DNA of 64,000 nt from contig CANAUI010000003.1 in the NCBI GenBank assembly GCA_947364715.1, positions 13-64,012 of the forward strand. Reading direction: 5' to 3'. A model generated the notes under the pieces. The model had not been told where the DNA came from and did not search any database. It saw nothing but the letters and a program-made list of their open reading frames with translations. The first letter of the stretch is position 1. Each line of letters begins with the position of its first letter. The translations under genes were made by a program, and so were the position numbers. The stretch comes from an uncultured Clostridium sp. GTDB taxonomy: Bacteria; Bacillota; Clostridia; TANB77; CAG-508. This document shows, piece after piece, positions 10,085-21,859 of this stretch.

Positions 10085-10723
10085 CTAAAAATATTTAATA
10101 ACTACTTTTAGCAAATTTGTAGAAATAAATATTTCTATTGTAGATGCTATTATCAATACTATCAACATAATTGTAGAAAATATAGTATGTCTTAATATCT
10201 CTATTTTTATATTTTCTTTTGTCTTATCTTTCATAATAGATTTGTATAACTTTATTCCACTTACTGCTAATGCTAAAATTGCAGGAATTAATAAAATATT
10301 TTGTAATAACAATATTATCAATATAAAGCTAATTCCTTTTCCTAACCCCATAATTGTAATACATAGTGAAATTGTATAACCTAAGCAAAATCCTCTATAT
10401 AAAATGATTGCAAATACTATTGGTATCCCAATAACTGTTGTTCCAAAAAACCAGATAATAATTGCCAATCCTATATTTTGTACTACAGAATTTTTTAATA
10501 ATTCTATTCGGTTTATGTTTTCTAATTCTTTAAACTTTTCTATAAATTGATTCAAATAATTTGTTATTTCTGTCTTAGGTGTTTCTTGCAAATGATTTAC
10601 AAAAAAAACACCACTAAATATACCAATAACAAATATTAAAAAAATGATAGCATATTCTTTTTTATTATTTATCACATGTTCTTTTATTATTTTAAATACT
10701 CTAAGTTGTTTCTTTTCTTTCAT
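10085..10723 (-). CDS. spoIIM: stage II sporulation protein M
   Basis: polytopic membrane protein with SpoIIM-like layout; start placed at MKEKKQLRVF with GGAGA upstream. Confidence 0.75.
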   Translation of the reverse strand: MKEKKQLRVFKIIKEHVINNKKEYAIIFLIFVIGIFSGVFFVNHLQETPKTEITNYLNQFIEKFKELENINRIELLKNSVVQNIGLAIIIWFFGTTVIGIPIVFAIILYRGFCLGYTISLCITIMGLGKGISFILIILLLQNILLIPAILALAVSGIKLYKSIMKDKTKENIKIEILRHTIFSTIMLIVLIIASTIEIFISTNLLKVVIKYF

Positions 10724-10835
10724 AAAAAAATTAATCTCCTTATCGTTTATACATAATATGTATTCGATAAGAAGATTTATAGAACTATTTTTTCTCATAA
10801 AAATATTATACAAAAATACTTTTTTTAATTATATT

Positions 10836-12023
10836 TTAGACAATTTTTCCGTAATTTCCGCCTCCACCAGATTGTACTTTACATTCTCCATTTCTTGCTC
10901 TTTCAATCGTATTTGCAATTTTTTCTCCTACAACTGCTTCTATATCATCTTTTGATAATTTATGAAGAATATTCATCTCTGTATCAAAAGAATCTAATAA
11001 TTTTGTGATTGTTTTTCCACCTACTCCAGGAACAAATCCTAATGGAATTTGATATATATATGGTGGTCTGTTTTTTGGGCTTTTAGAATTTTGTTTATCA
11101 CAAATTAATTCAATTCTATCAAAAACACCAAAAGTTACATTTTTACCACCACAATTTGGGCATATTTCTACAGGCTCTTTCGTTTCTATTGCTTTTTCAC
11201 AATCATCACAATAAGTTCTATGATATTTTCCGAGTTTTGGGTCTAGTCCATAATTTGCAACTACTTTCCTTCCATCTTCATTTTTTAATGCTTTTACAAT
11301 CTCTTTAAAAGAGATATCTTCTACTTGCATTTTGTTGTATTCTCTAGCTATTTTAGGTAAGGAATGTGCATCTGAATTTGTGACAAAAGTCTTATTCTCT
11401 AATTCAGAAATCATATCTGCTAAATAAGTGTCTGAACTTAATCCCAATTCTATTGCAAATATTTTTTCATATTTTTCTTTAAAAACATATTTTAATCTAT
11501 CTACACAATTTCCATAATAGCTTTTATGTGGTGTAAATATATGTGCTGGTATTAAAATTCCATTGTATCTTTCTACAATATCAATTAAGTCATATCCTGA
11601 TAAATCTGCTCTTTGAGTACTTAATGTAATATTTTTTAAATGTTGACTTAGTTCTTTTGAAAATCCTTTGATATCTGTTAAATGTGGAAAGAAACAAATA
11701 TTATGTGCTGAGCCTTTTTTTCCATTTCTTCCTTCTTCTGAAGTTTCTACTTCACTTCCTAAAAGAATGCAGACTTTATCTTTATATATAATTCCTCCAT
11801 CTTTTAGTTCATAAGCATCTCCTGTTTTTAAGAATTTTTCTATATCTTCTATTACATATGGTGATGCACAATCAATAATCCCTACAACATTAATTCCTTT
11901 TCTTTCTGCACATTCTTTTGCAATGTTAGCAAAATTCAAAGTTCTTGCTGCTGTTATTTTAATTGGTTTTCCATTTTCACTTCTTCCTATGTGTACATGT
12001 AAATCTGCAAATATTTCGTACAT
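10836..12023 (-). CDS. endonuclease Q family protein (PHP-like domain plus Zn ribbon)
   Basis: N-terminal DLHVHIGRS metal motif; CDDC..CPNC zinc ribbon; C-terminal helix-hairpin-helix-like GVGGKT. Confidence 0.65.
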   Translation of the reverse strand: MYEIFADLHVHIGRSENGKPIKITAARTLNFANIAKECAERKGINVVGIIDCASPYVIEDIEKFLKTGDAYELKDGGIIYKDKVCILLGSEVETSEEGRNGKKGSAHNICFFPHLTDIKGFSKELSQHLKNITLSTQRADLSGYDLIDIVERYNGILIPAHIFTPHKSYYGNCVDRLKYVFKEKYEKIFAIELGLSSDTYLADMISELENKTFVTNSDAHSLPKIAREYNKMQVEDISFKEIVKALKNEDGRKVVANYGLDPKLGKYHRTYCDDCEKAIETKEPVEICPNCGGKNVTFGVFDRIELICDKQNSKSPKNRPPYIYQIPLGFVPGVGGKTITKLLDSFDTEMNILHKLSKDDIEAVVGEKIANTIERARNGECKVQSGGGGNYGKIV

Positions 12024-12066
12024 TTTTATACCTCTTTCCTTTTTTATTTAATTTTTAATATCACAC

Positions 12067-12106
12067 AAAAAGGGAAAATGAGTTTGTCCCCAAAATTCCC
12101 TTTTTT
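12067..12106. terminator. A/T-flanked hairpin terminator overlapping the stop of 12105..12890
   Basis: AAAAAGGGAA-N19-TTCCCTTTTT. Confidence 0.6.
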
Positions 12107-12890
12107 AAGTTTCATTTTGCATATTTTCTTTTTCTATCTGTCCTAATATTTTTCTTGTTGTTTCTTCACTAAATAGTGGTCTATTAACATCCTTAAACAT
12201 CTCATTTTTTATTTCTTTTCTATAAATTTCTAAAGCTTTATCTATTTTAGGCTCATATTCATAACATACTTTTTTTATAAATGTTTTTATATTTTCTGAT
12301 TCATTATGTATTTTTACTAATCTTCTTAATGATTTCATCGAAGTTAACTCACTTAAGTTTATTTCTTCCATCATTTTAACAAATTCTCCAAATGTATGCA
12401 AAAATCTATTATATTTTCCTTTTAAGTTTCTATGTTCTAATAATACCATTGCTTCATCAGGCTGGAATCCGATTCTTTCTGCTCTACATAATAGCATTCC
12501 ACCAAAATGGTCTACTAATTCTATAATGTCACTTTCTGCTTCTCTTGGATTACTATTACTATATCGATTAACTTCTTCACATATTTTACAAAACCTTTTA
12601 TCAAATCCTAATGTTAATAAATAGTTTGCTCCATCTTTGGCATATGTATGAATCTTTTGTATATCTTGTGCATTGTCTACTCTTTTACAATTACATAATA
12701 GACAGGCAGTTATAATTAAGTTTTTATCAACATTTATTTTCATATAATCTACAAACATTCTTGCAATTTCTGTTTTTAAGATAACAGATTTATCGAAAAA
12801 TATTCTAGTTTTTTTTGATAAATAGTATGTAATTTCCATCTTAGAAGCTATATCCTGTTCATCTAAAATGTAATTAGCAAATGTATCCAT
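12105..12890 (-). CDS. hypothetical protein
   Basis: 261-aa ORF with good coding appearance; no motif recognised with certainty. Confidence 0.65.
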   Translation of the reverse strand: MDTFANYILDEQDIASKMEITYYLSKKTRIFFDKSVILKTEIARMFVDYMKINVDKNLIITACLLCNCKRVDNAQDIQKIHTYAKDGANYLLTLGFDKRFCKICEEVNRYSNSNPREAESDIIELVDHFGGMLLCRAERIGFQPDEAMVLLEHRNLKGKYNRFLHTFGEFVKMMEEINLSELTSMKSLRRLVKIHNESENIKTFIKKVCYEYEPKIDKALEIYRKEIKNEMFKDVNRPLFSEETTRKILGQIEKENMQNET

Positions 12891-13102
12891 ATGCTTCCTC
12901 CTATGTTCAAATTTTATACAATTTTATTATATATTAACCATAGACTTTTTTCAACATTTTTTTAAAATGTAATAGAAATGTAATAAAATTCCCAGTATTT
13001 TATTTGTATTTTTCATAAATATATACTATAATGTTATTTGAAAATGTAAATTTATTACTATATGTGTTTCCTTAAACAAAAAAGAAAGGAATAATATTTA
13101 TT

Positions 13103-13591
13103 ATGAAACATTTAAAATTAATATCCCATAATGAAAAAGAAACATTAGATTTTGGAAAAACATTAGCTGATTTGTTAAAAAAAGGTGATACTATTGTTTT
13201 AACAGGAAAATTAGGGTCTGGAAAAACGAAATTAACAGAAGGTATTTTAACCTATTACGAATTAGAAAATGAAATATCTAGTCCTACATTTACAATTGTT
13301 AATGAATATATAAAAGAAAATATTAAAATTTTTCATTTTGATGTATATCGTTTAGAAGATTCTTCTGAATTTTATGCTATTGGTGGAGAAGAATATTTTG
13401 ATAATGGAATTTGCATAATTGAATGGGGTGAAATTATTCAAGATGCTCTTCCTAAAGATTATATACATATTAAATTTGAAAGAAATGATGCTGATGAAAA
13501 TATTAGAATTTTAAATATAACTTCTTATGGTGAAAAATATGATGAATTATTAAGTAAATTGGAGGGTTACATTGAAAGTATTAAGTATTGA
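13103..13591 (+). CDS. tsaE: tRNA t6A37 biosynthesis ATPase TsaE
   Basis: Walker A GKLGSGKT; SPTFTIVNEY motif. Confidence 0.9.
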   Translation: MKHLKLISHNEKETLDFGKTLADLLKKGDTIVLTGKLGSGKTKLTEGILTYYELENEISSPTFTIVNEYIKENIKIFHFDVYRLEDSSEFYAIGGEEYFDNGICIIEWGEIIQDALPKDYIHIKFERNDADENIRILNITSYGEKYDELLSKLEGYIESIKY

Positions 13592-14690
13592 AACTTCTAG
13601 CAAAATATGTAGTGTTGCAATATTAGAAGATAGTAATTTAGTAAAAAAAATAGAATTAAATAATGGATTGACACACTCAGAGACTTTAATGCCTTTAATA
13701 AAACAACTATTAAAAGAGGCCAATTTAATTTTACCTCAAATAGATTTATTGGTTTGTGATATTGGTCCAGGTTCTTTTACTGGTATTCGTATTGGAATTT
13801 CAACTGTTAAAGCTTTTTCAGATAGCTTAGAAATACCTTCAATTGGTATTTCTTCTCTTGAAGCATTAGCTTATTCCTTAAAAAATGATAGCATTATTTG
13901 TAGTATACTTGATTGTAAAAATGATAATTGTTATTATGCTTTATATAAATTAGAAAATAATAATTATACTTTATTGGAAAGCCCTAAAGCAGATAGTGTT
14001 GAAAATTGTTTGACTTTTTTAAATTATAAATATTCAAATTCAATAATTACTTTTGTTGGAGATGGTTGTAAAATATATAAGGATAAAATCAAACTATCTT
14101 CATCTAATTTTATTTTATCTAATAATGAAAACTTGGATTATATTGATGTTTATTCTTTAGGAATTGCTGGAGTTAATAAATATACACAATTTGGTGCAGA
14201 TAAAAATCTTATTCCCCTTTATCTAAAGAAGCCTCAAGCACAAAGACAGTTAGAAACAAAAATGATTGTTATTGAAAACATGAATGTTTCTGATTTAGAA
14301 AATTTAGAACTAAATCAATTTGATGATTTTTGGAATGTAGATATTTTGAGAGATGAACTAACAAGTGAAACTTCCCATTTTATATGTGCGAAATATGAAA
14401 ATCAACTTGTTGGTTTTGCTGGGATAAAAATTGTATTAGATGAAGCAGATATTATGAATATTGCTGTAAAAAAGGATTTTAGGAGACAGGGAATTGCTTC
14501 TTTATTACTAGATTATATTTTTAATATTTGTAAAGAAAAAGATATTAAGAATATAAATCTTGAAGTTAATGAAGAAAATTTCTCTGCTATATCTTTATAT
14601 CAAAAATTTGGTTTCAATGAATGTGGTAGAAGAAAGAAATATTATGATAATCAATATGATGCAATTTTACAATCATTGCCATTACACTAA
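13572..14690 (+). CDS. tsaB: TsaB fused in frame to RimI-type GNAT acetyltransferase
   Basis: N-terminal 230 aa has GPGSFTGIRIG (TsaB). C-terminal 140 aa has the GNAT motif RRQGIAS and a RimI-like start MIVIENM. No stop between the two parts. Confidence 0.85.
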   Translation: MKVLSIETSSKICSVAILEDSNLVKKIELNNGLTHSETLMPLIKQLLKEANLILPQIDLLVCDIGPGSFTGIRIGISTVKAFSDSLEIPSIGISSLEALAYSLKNDSIICSILDCKNDNCYYALYKLENNNYTLLESPKADSVENCLTFLNYKYSNSIITFVGDGCKIYKDKIKLSSSNFILSNNENLDYIDVYSLGIAGVNKYTQFGADKNLIPLYLKKPQAQRQLETKMIVIENMNVSDLENLELNQFDDFWNVDILRDELTSETSHFICAKYENQLVGFAGIKIVLDEADIMNIAVKKDFRRQGIASLLLDYIFNICKEKDIKNINLEVNEENFSAISLYQKFGFNECGRRKKYYDNQYDAILQSLPLH

Positions 14691-14717
14691 CTTTGTTATA
14701 TACGAAAAATAGATTAT

Positions 14718-14880
14718 AAATTATATATAAAGTCAACTTAAGACCTTATATATAATTTTTGAAACACTGCGTAAGCGACCAAACGAGCATTAGCGAGTGC
14801 GATTGGAGCAACCTACAAAAATTTTAAATTTTTGGTTGCGACACACAAAGTGTGAAAAAAATTATATATAAGGTCTTAAG
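14718..14880. repeat. TIR-bounded element with G+C-rich core (MITE-like or small RNA)
   Basis: 24-bp perfect inverted repeats 14737-14760 / 14857-14880; third arm at 14718-14732; core 14761-14853 is visibly G+C-richer. Confidence 0.6.
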
Positions 14881-14949
14881 TTTACAGTATTATAATATCA
14901 TTAGGATATCCCTATCTTTTATCAATACTGTTCATTTTATGTGTTATAA

Positions 14950-16588
<1,639 letters not shown>

Positions 16589-16674
16589 TAAATCATTCCT
16601 TTCTTATATTTACGTATATTAATTTTTTGTAAAGTTGCCCTAAACCATTTTTGAACAACTTTTATCAATATTTC

Positions 16675-16956
<282 letters not shown>

Positions 16957-16976
16957 TTAAATTACCTCCTTTATTT

Positions 16977-17003
16977 TTAGCACTCTATCTTTGTGACTGC
17001 TAA
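16977..17003. promoter_or_regulatory. CIRCE operator (HrcA site)
   Basis: TTAGCACTC-N9-GACTGCTAA versus consensus TTAGCACTC-N9-GAGTGCTAA; preceded on the minus strand by TTGACA (17028-17033), 17 nt, TACATT (17005-17010). Confidence 0.85.
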
Positions 17004-17218
17004 TAATGTATACCCATTTTTGCCAAATGTCAATAGTATTTTTTCATTTTTCACATAAAGTTCACACATTTATTGTATTCTCTCATTTTTCAATATATTA
17101 CTACTTTTCAAACTTTATTAATTATCTACTCTTTTATATCAGTTATTATTTTTTATATTACTTATATATAATTTTAAGCTTCAATAGTCTTTTGGCAAAG
17201 AGCATCTGCCTGTTTTTT

Positions 17219-17247
17219 TTGCATTTATGTTAATTTTATGTTATAAT
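17219..17247 (+). promoter_or_regulatory. strong sigmaA-type promoter for the structured RNA
   Basis: TTGCAT, 17 nt, TGtTATAAT (extended -10). Confidence 0.7.
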
Positions 17248-17253
17248 TAAAGT

Positions 17254-17618
17254 ATCTTTTGTAACTGAGCCTATTGCAAATAGCAATAGGTGTGTTGTGC
17301 CAGTAATGGCACTTTCAAAGAAAGGAGGGATTTTATGAAAAAAAATCCTCTCTTTTACGGTACCGTCAGGAAAAGCAGTTCCCTGCTTTTCCGACGGTAT
17401 ACATTCTCTCTACTCCTAATAGGAGTAGAGAGTGGGATAAAATGCCATCCTCATCTTCATGATGAGGAATGGTATTTAGTGCTCTCCTTTAGTAGGAGGA
17501 GAAGTCTTATTAGGCTTCTCCACTGCCCTAAAGGTGGGAAGCACAATTTAGACAATACTACAGGGAAATCCCTGTTAGTGTTGTCAATCAAAAGAGCCTA
17601 ACGGCTCTTTTGATTTTT
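17254..17618 (+). ncRNA. structured RNA of about 365 nt (at least 10 consecutive stem-loops), possibly a divergent cobalamin-riboswitch-like element without a downstream ORF
   Basis: G+C-rich island in an AT-rich genome; hairpins at 17270-90, 17297-312, 17324-52, 17360-400, 17406-32, 17445-72, 17498-521, 17551-85; the G.U pairs fit only the + strand; bounded by a promoter and a terminator. Confidence 0.6.
17590..17618. terminator. bidirectional intrinsic terminator (structured RNA and clpC)
   Basis: AAAAGAGCC-TAAC-GGCTCTTTT followed by GATTTTT. Confidence 0.8.
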
Positions 17619-17633
17619 CCCTTTAATTTTTCC

Positions 17634-20081
17634 TTATTTCTCTATTACTACTTTCTCATCTTTAATACCAATTTTATTAACTTTATTCTTTTTCAAATTC
17701 CCATCTAATATTTCCTCTGCTAAACTATCTTCTAATACACTTTGAATAGTTCTTCTTAAAGGTCTTGCACCAAAATTTTTATCAATTCCTTTACTAGCAA
17801 TCAACTTTTTAACAGATGGCTCTAATTCGATTTCTATTTTTTGTTCTTTTAACCTATCAACCACTTCTTTTAACATTATATCAATAATCTTATCAATTTC
17901 TTTATCTGTCAATTTATGGAATACAATAATTTCATCAATACGATTAATAAATTCTGGTCTTAATTCTTTTTTTAGAGCTTCCATAACCTCTTTTTTAGTT
18001 TCTTCATATTCTTTTTGTGTGTCTTCTGTATTTTTAGTATTTGAAAAGCCTAAAGATTTTTTGTCTGTAATTAATCTTGCTCCTATATTTGAAGTCATGA
18101 TAATAACTGTATTTTTAAAATTAACTGTTCTTCCTTGACTATCTGTCAATCTACCATCTTCTAATATTTGAAGTAACATATTCATAACATCTGGATGTGC
18201 TTTTTCAATTTCATCAAATAAAATAACAGAATAAGGTTTTCTTCTTATTTTTTCTGTTAATTGCCCACCTTCATCAAATCCTACATATCCTGGAGGTGAA
18301 CCAATTAACTTAGATACAGAATGTGGCTCCATATATTCAGACATATCTATTCTTATCATGGCATTTTCATCACCAAATAAACATTCTGCCAATGCTTTTG
18401 ATAATTCTGTTTTTCCTACACCTGTTGGACCCAAAAATAGGAATGAACCAATTGGTCTTTTAGGGTCTTTTAAACCTACTCTTCCTCTTCTAATTGCTTT
18501 TGCAACTGCTTGAACTGCTTCATTTTGACCAATCACTCTTTCATGCAAATTTTTCTCTAAATGTTTTAGTCTTTCATTTTCGTCTTCTGTAATCTTTTTA
18601 GCTGGTATCCCTGTCCAATTTGCAATAACTTCTGCAATATTTTCTTCAGTAATATCTGTTACTAATTTATTGTTTTTATTTTTCCATTTATTTTGTTCTT
18701 TTTCATATTTCGCCTTTAATTCTTTTTCTTTATCTCTTAAAGATGCTGCTTTTTCAAATTTTTGGATTTTTATAGCTTCTTCTTTATCTTTTCTTACATT
18801 TGCAAGTTCTTCTTCAAGTTCCTTTAAAGAATCTGGCTCTGTATATGTTTTTAATCTTGCTCTTGATGCTGCTTCATCAATTAAGTCAATTGCCTTATCT
18901 GGTAAAAATCTATCATTAATATATCTAACTGATAATTGGACTGCTGAATCAATTGCTTCATCTGTTATTTTTACATTATGATGTGCTTCATATTTATCTT
19001 TAATACCTTTTAAAATAGTAATTGTATCTTTTTCTGATGGCTCTTTTACTGTTACTGGACTAAATCTTCTTTCTAATGCTGAATCTTTTTCAATAAATTT
19101 TCTATATTCATTCAAAGTTGTTGCACCAACTAATTGAATTTCTCCTCTTGCTAATAATGGTTTTAAAATATTAGCTGCATCAATTGCTCCTTCTGCTGAG
19201 CCTGCACCAACAATTGTATGAATTTCATCAATAAATAGAATAACATCTCCTGCCTTTTTAACTTCATTTAATGCTTTTTTTATTCTTTCTTCAAAATCTC
19301 CTCTGTATTTTGCACCAGCAACCATACTAGAAATATCTACTGTTACAACTCTTTTATCTTTTAGAATTTCTGGAACATCTCCTGATACAATTTTTTGTGC
19401 TAATCCCTCTACAACTGCTGTTTTACCAACTCCTGGCTCACCAATTAAACATGGATTATTTTTCATTCTTCTTGATAAAATTTGGATAACTCTTTCAATT
19501 TCTTCTTTTCTTCCAATAATTGGGTCTAGTTTTCCATCTTTTGCTTTTTCGATTAAATCTTCTCCAAATTGATTTAATGTTGGTGTTTGGTTATAACTTC
19601 CTGATTTTCTTTTTTCATTTTTAGAATTACTTTCCCCTGCCAAGTCTTCACCCTCATTAATCACTTTTATTATTTCACCATATAATTTTGGAATATTGAT
19701 ATTTAATTCAATCAAAATTCTTGTTGCTACACTATCTCCTTCTCTTAATAATCCAATTAAAAGATGTTCTGTTCCTATATAATTGTATCCTAATTTCCTC
19801 GCCTCAATAAATGCGTTTTCAATAACTCTTTTTGTCCTTGGAGTAAATCCTAATGTTCCATCAATAGTTTCATCTTTTCCAACTAATTCAATTGTTATAT
19901 CTATAATATTTTCTGATGTAATCTCTTGATTTTCTAATACTTTAGATGCTACTCCACTACCTTCTTTTGCTAAACCATATAGTAAATGCTCTGTTCCAAT
20001 ATATCTGTGCCCTAATTCCATTGCCACATCATTTGCAATTTCTATAGCTTTTTTCGCTCTACTTGTAAAATTATATGTCAT
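17634..20081 (-). CDS. clpC: ATP-dependent Clp protease ATP-binding subunit ClpC
   Basis: Clp_N repeats, two AAA+ modules (GEPGVGKT, GPTGVGKT), UVR-like linker. Confidence 0.95.
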   Translation of the reverse strand: MTYNFTSRAKKAIEIANDVAMELGHRYIGTEHLLYGLAKEGSGVASKVLENQEITSENIIDITIELVGKDETIDGTLGFTPRTKRVIENAFIEARKLGYNYIGTEHLLIGLLREGDSVATRILIELNINIPKLYGEIIKVINEGEDLAGESNSKNEKRKSGSYNQTPTLNQFGEDLIEKAKDGKLDPIIGRKEEIERVIQILSRRMKNNPCLIGEPGVGKTAVVEGLAQKIVSGDVPEILKDKRVVTVDISSMVAGAKYRGDFEERIKKALNEVKKAGDVILFIDEIHTIVGAGSAEGAIDAANILKPLLARGEIQLVGATTLNEYRKFIEKDSALERRFSPVTVKEPSEKDTITILKGIKDKYEAHHNVKITDEAIDSAVQLSVRYINDRFLPDKAIDLIDEAASRARLKTYTEPDSLKELEEELANVRKDKEEAIKIQKFEKAASLRDKEKELKAKYEKEQNKWKNKNNKLVTDITEENIAEVIANWTGIPAKKITEDENERLKHLEKNLHERVIGQNEAVQAVAKAIRRGRVGLKDPKRPIGSFLFLGPTGVGKTELSKALAECLFGDENAMIRIDMSEYMEPHSVSKLIGSPPGYVGFDEGGQLTEKIRRKPYSVILFDEIEKAHPDVMNMLLQILEDGRLTDSQGRTVNFKNTVIIMTSNIGARLITDKKSLGFSNTKNTEDTQKEYEETKKEVMEALKKELRPEFINRIDEIIVFHKLTDKEIDKIIDIMLKEVVDRLKEQKIEIELEPSVKKLIASKGIDKNFGARPLRRTIQSVLEDSLAEEILDGNLKKNKVNKIGIKDEKVVIEK

Positions 20082-20199
20082 ATAAATTACCCTACCTTTC
20101 TTCTCTCCTTTTGGATTTTTATTTATTGAATAATATTATTAAAATTCACATTTTTTATATTTCTTTTAAAGTAAACATTTAACATAACATTATTTATAT

Positions 20200-21207
20200 C
20201 TATTGTTTTATCACTTGTTTAATTATCTCTGCTCTTTTCATTTCTCTATCTAACTTTTCATATTGTTTTCCAAAATATTTTTGCAAATTACCTGGTTGAA
20301 TGTATAAATATAATTTTTGAATTTGTAAGTCAGATAGTTCTTTAACCATTCCTAAATCTACTCCTAATTTTACAGTAGATAGTAAATTTTGTGCTTCTTC
20401 CATCGTAATTTTTCTACAATTTGTTAAAATTCCATAATTTCTATATATTAAATCTTGAATCTCAATTCCTTCATTTGCTAAAAATCTTCTAGCTGTTCTT
20501 TCTTGTTTTATAATTTTTTCTACAATAATTTTAATATTTTGTATAATTTCATTTTCTGTAATTCCTAATGTTTTTTTATTAGTTATTTCATACATATCTC
20601 CTATAATATGTCCATTTTCATCATATACACCTTTAATATGAATGCCAAAATTATTAATTGCTTCTAATACTTTTTCAGTATTTCTAGTTTTTGCTAAAGC
20701 AGGCAAATGTAATTTTACAGAAACTTTTAGGCCTGTTCCAATATTATTAGGACAAGCAGTTAAATATCCATATTGTTTGCTTACACAATAACCAAATATC
20801 TCTTCTATTTTTTTATCAATTTCAATAGCTAGATTTAATGTATTTTCTAATTCCAAACCACTACTAAATACTTGTATTTTTAGATGGTCATCTTCACCAA
20901 TCATAATACAAATATTTTCTTCATCATTTACCAGAATAGCACCTATATTATTTGATTTAAAAGCAAAATTATAATTAATTAGTCCCTTTTCCACTAAACT
21001 TAGTTTTGTAATATCATCCATATCTTCTAATTTTAAAAATCTTAATCCATAAGCTATTTGATATACATTATCTTTTATTTTATTTTCTAATTCTCTTAAT
21101 TGCTTTGAACTTAAATGAAAATTATACCCTTGCAAGTTTCTTGAAAGTCGTATTCTTGTATTAATTGCTATATCTGATTCTTTTCCACTTTGTAAATACC
21201 AATTCAT
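20200..21207 (-). CDS. mcsB: protein arginine kinase McsB
   Basis: guanidino-kinase domain (GEDDHLKIQ, TACPNNIGTGL). Confidence 0.9.
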   Translation of the reverse strand: MNWYLQSGKESDIAINTRIRLSRNLQGYNFHLSSKQLRELENKIKDNVYQIAYGLRFLKLEDMDDITKLSLVEKGLINYNFAFKSNNIGAILVNDEENICIMIGEDDHLKIQVFSSGLELENTLNLAIEIDKKIEEIFGYCVSKQYGYLTACPNNIGTGLKVSVKLHLPALAKTRNTEKVLEAINNFGIHIKGVYDENGHIIGDMYEITNKKTLGITENEIIQNIKIIVEKIIKQERTARRFLANEGIEIQDLIYRNYGILTNCRKITMEEAQNLLSTVKLGVDLGMVKELSDLQIQKLYLYIQPGNLQKYFGKQYEKLDREMKRAEIIKQVIKQ

Positions 21208-21283
21208 TTTCTTTTTCCTTTCTTTTTAATTTTTGTTAATATTTAATATTAAATCATGTTTATAATATTGTATAAAATTTAAA

Positions 21284-21847
21284 TTAATTATTTTCTTCTA
21301 AATTATTAATTTCATCTCTTAATTTTGCTGCATCTTCATAACGTTCTTCTTTAATTGCTTTTTTCAATTCTTCTTTTAAAACTTCTAATTTTTCTTCTAA
21401 AGTTATTTCTTTTTTGTTTTGTACATTATGTTCTTTTCTTTCTTGTTTTTCCTCTATTTTCTTATCAATACTTTTTCCTAATCTTCCTACATGATGATTA
21501 CTACTTTGGATTCTTCTAATAATAGAATCTAGTCTATCCTGAAAAACATCATAACAGTTTGCACATCCTACTCTTCCAGTATTTGCTATATCTTCAAATA
21601 TATATCCACAATTATCACATTTTAATTTTTTTAATTCATTAAACATTGGCATAAATTCTGCCTTTGAAAAATCTTCTATAAAGTCTTCGAAAAAACTTGA
21701 AAAATTAATTGGTAAATCTAATGACATTTCATGAATTCCTAATTTTTTGCTACATTCTTCACATAAGTTCAATTCTCTTTTTACCCCATTTATATTTTCT
21801 GAATATCTTACATTTGCCTCTCTTTTTCTACAATTATCACATAACAT
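21284..21847 (-). CDS. mcsA: McsA (UvrB/UvrC-motif, zinc-finger activator of McsB)
   Basis: CxxC pairs at the N-terminus; C-terminal UVR motif EERYEDAAKLRDEI. Confidence 0.85.
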   Translation of the reverse strand: MLCDNCRKREANVRYSENINGVKRELNLCEECSKKLGIHEMSLDLPINFSSFFEDFIEDFSKAEFMPMFNELKKLKCDNCGYIFEDIANTGRVGCANCYDVFQDRLDSIIRRIQSSNHHVGRLGKSIDKKIEEKQERKEHNVQNKKEITLEEKLEVLKEELKKAIKEERYEDAAKLRDEINNLEENN

Positions 21848-21859
21848 AATAAATCCTCC

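Noticed and set aside
17290-17601. 103-aa ORF (or 88 aa from ATG 17335 with an AGGAGG SD) between groES and clpC
   Set aside because: The ORF is made almost entirely of back-to-back near-perfect hairpin arms, and its stop lies in the terminator loop. Its composition differs from all real genes here and the peptide has no recognisable features. I interpret it as a structured RNA, though translation of a small protein is not excluded.
17254-17618. Identity of the structured RNA as tmRNA, RNase P RNA, SRP RNA or 6S RNA
   Set aside because: It lacks the tRNA-like GGGG...TCCACCA ends and a tag ORF (tmRNA). It lacks GAGGAAAGTCC and the P4 motifs (RNase P), the GGAAGCAGCC domain IV motif (SRP RNA), and a single long bulged hairpin (6S RNA).
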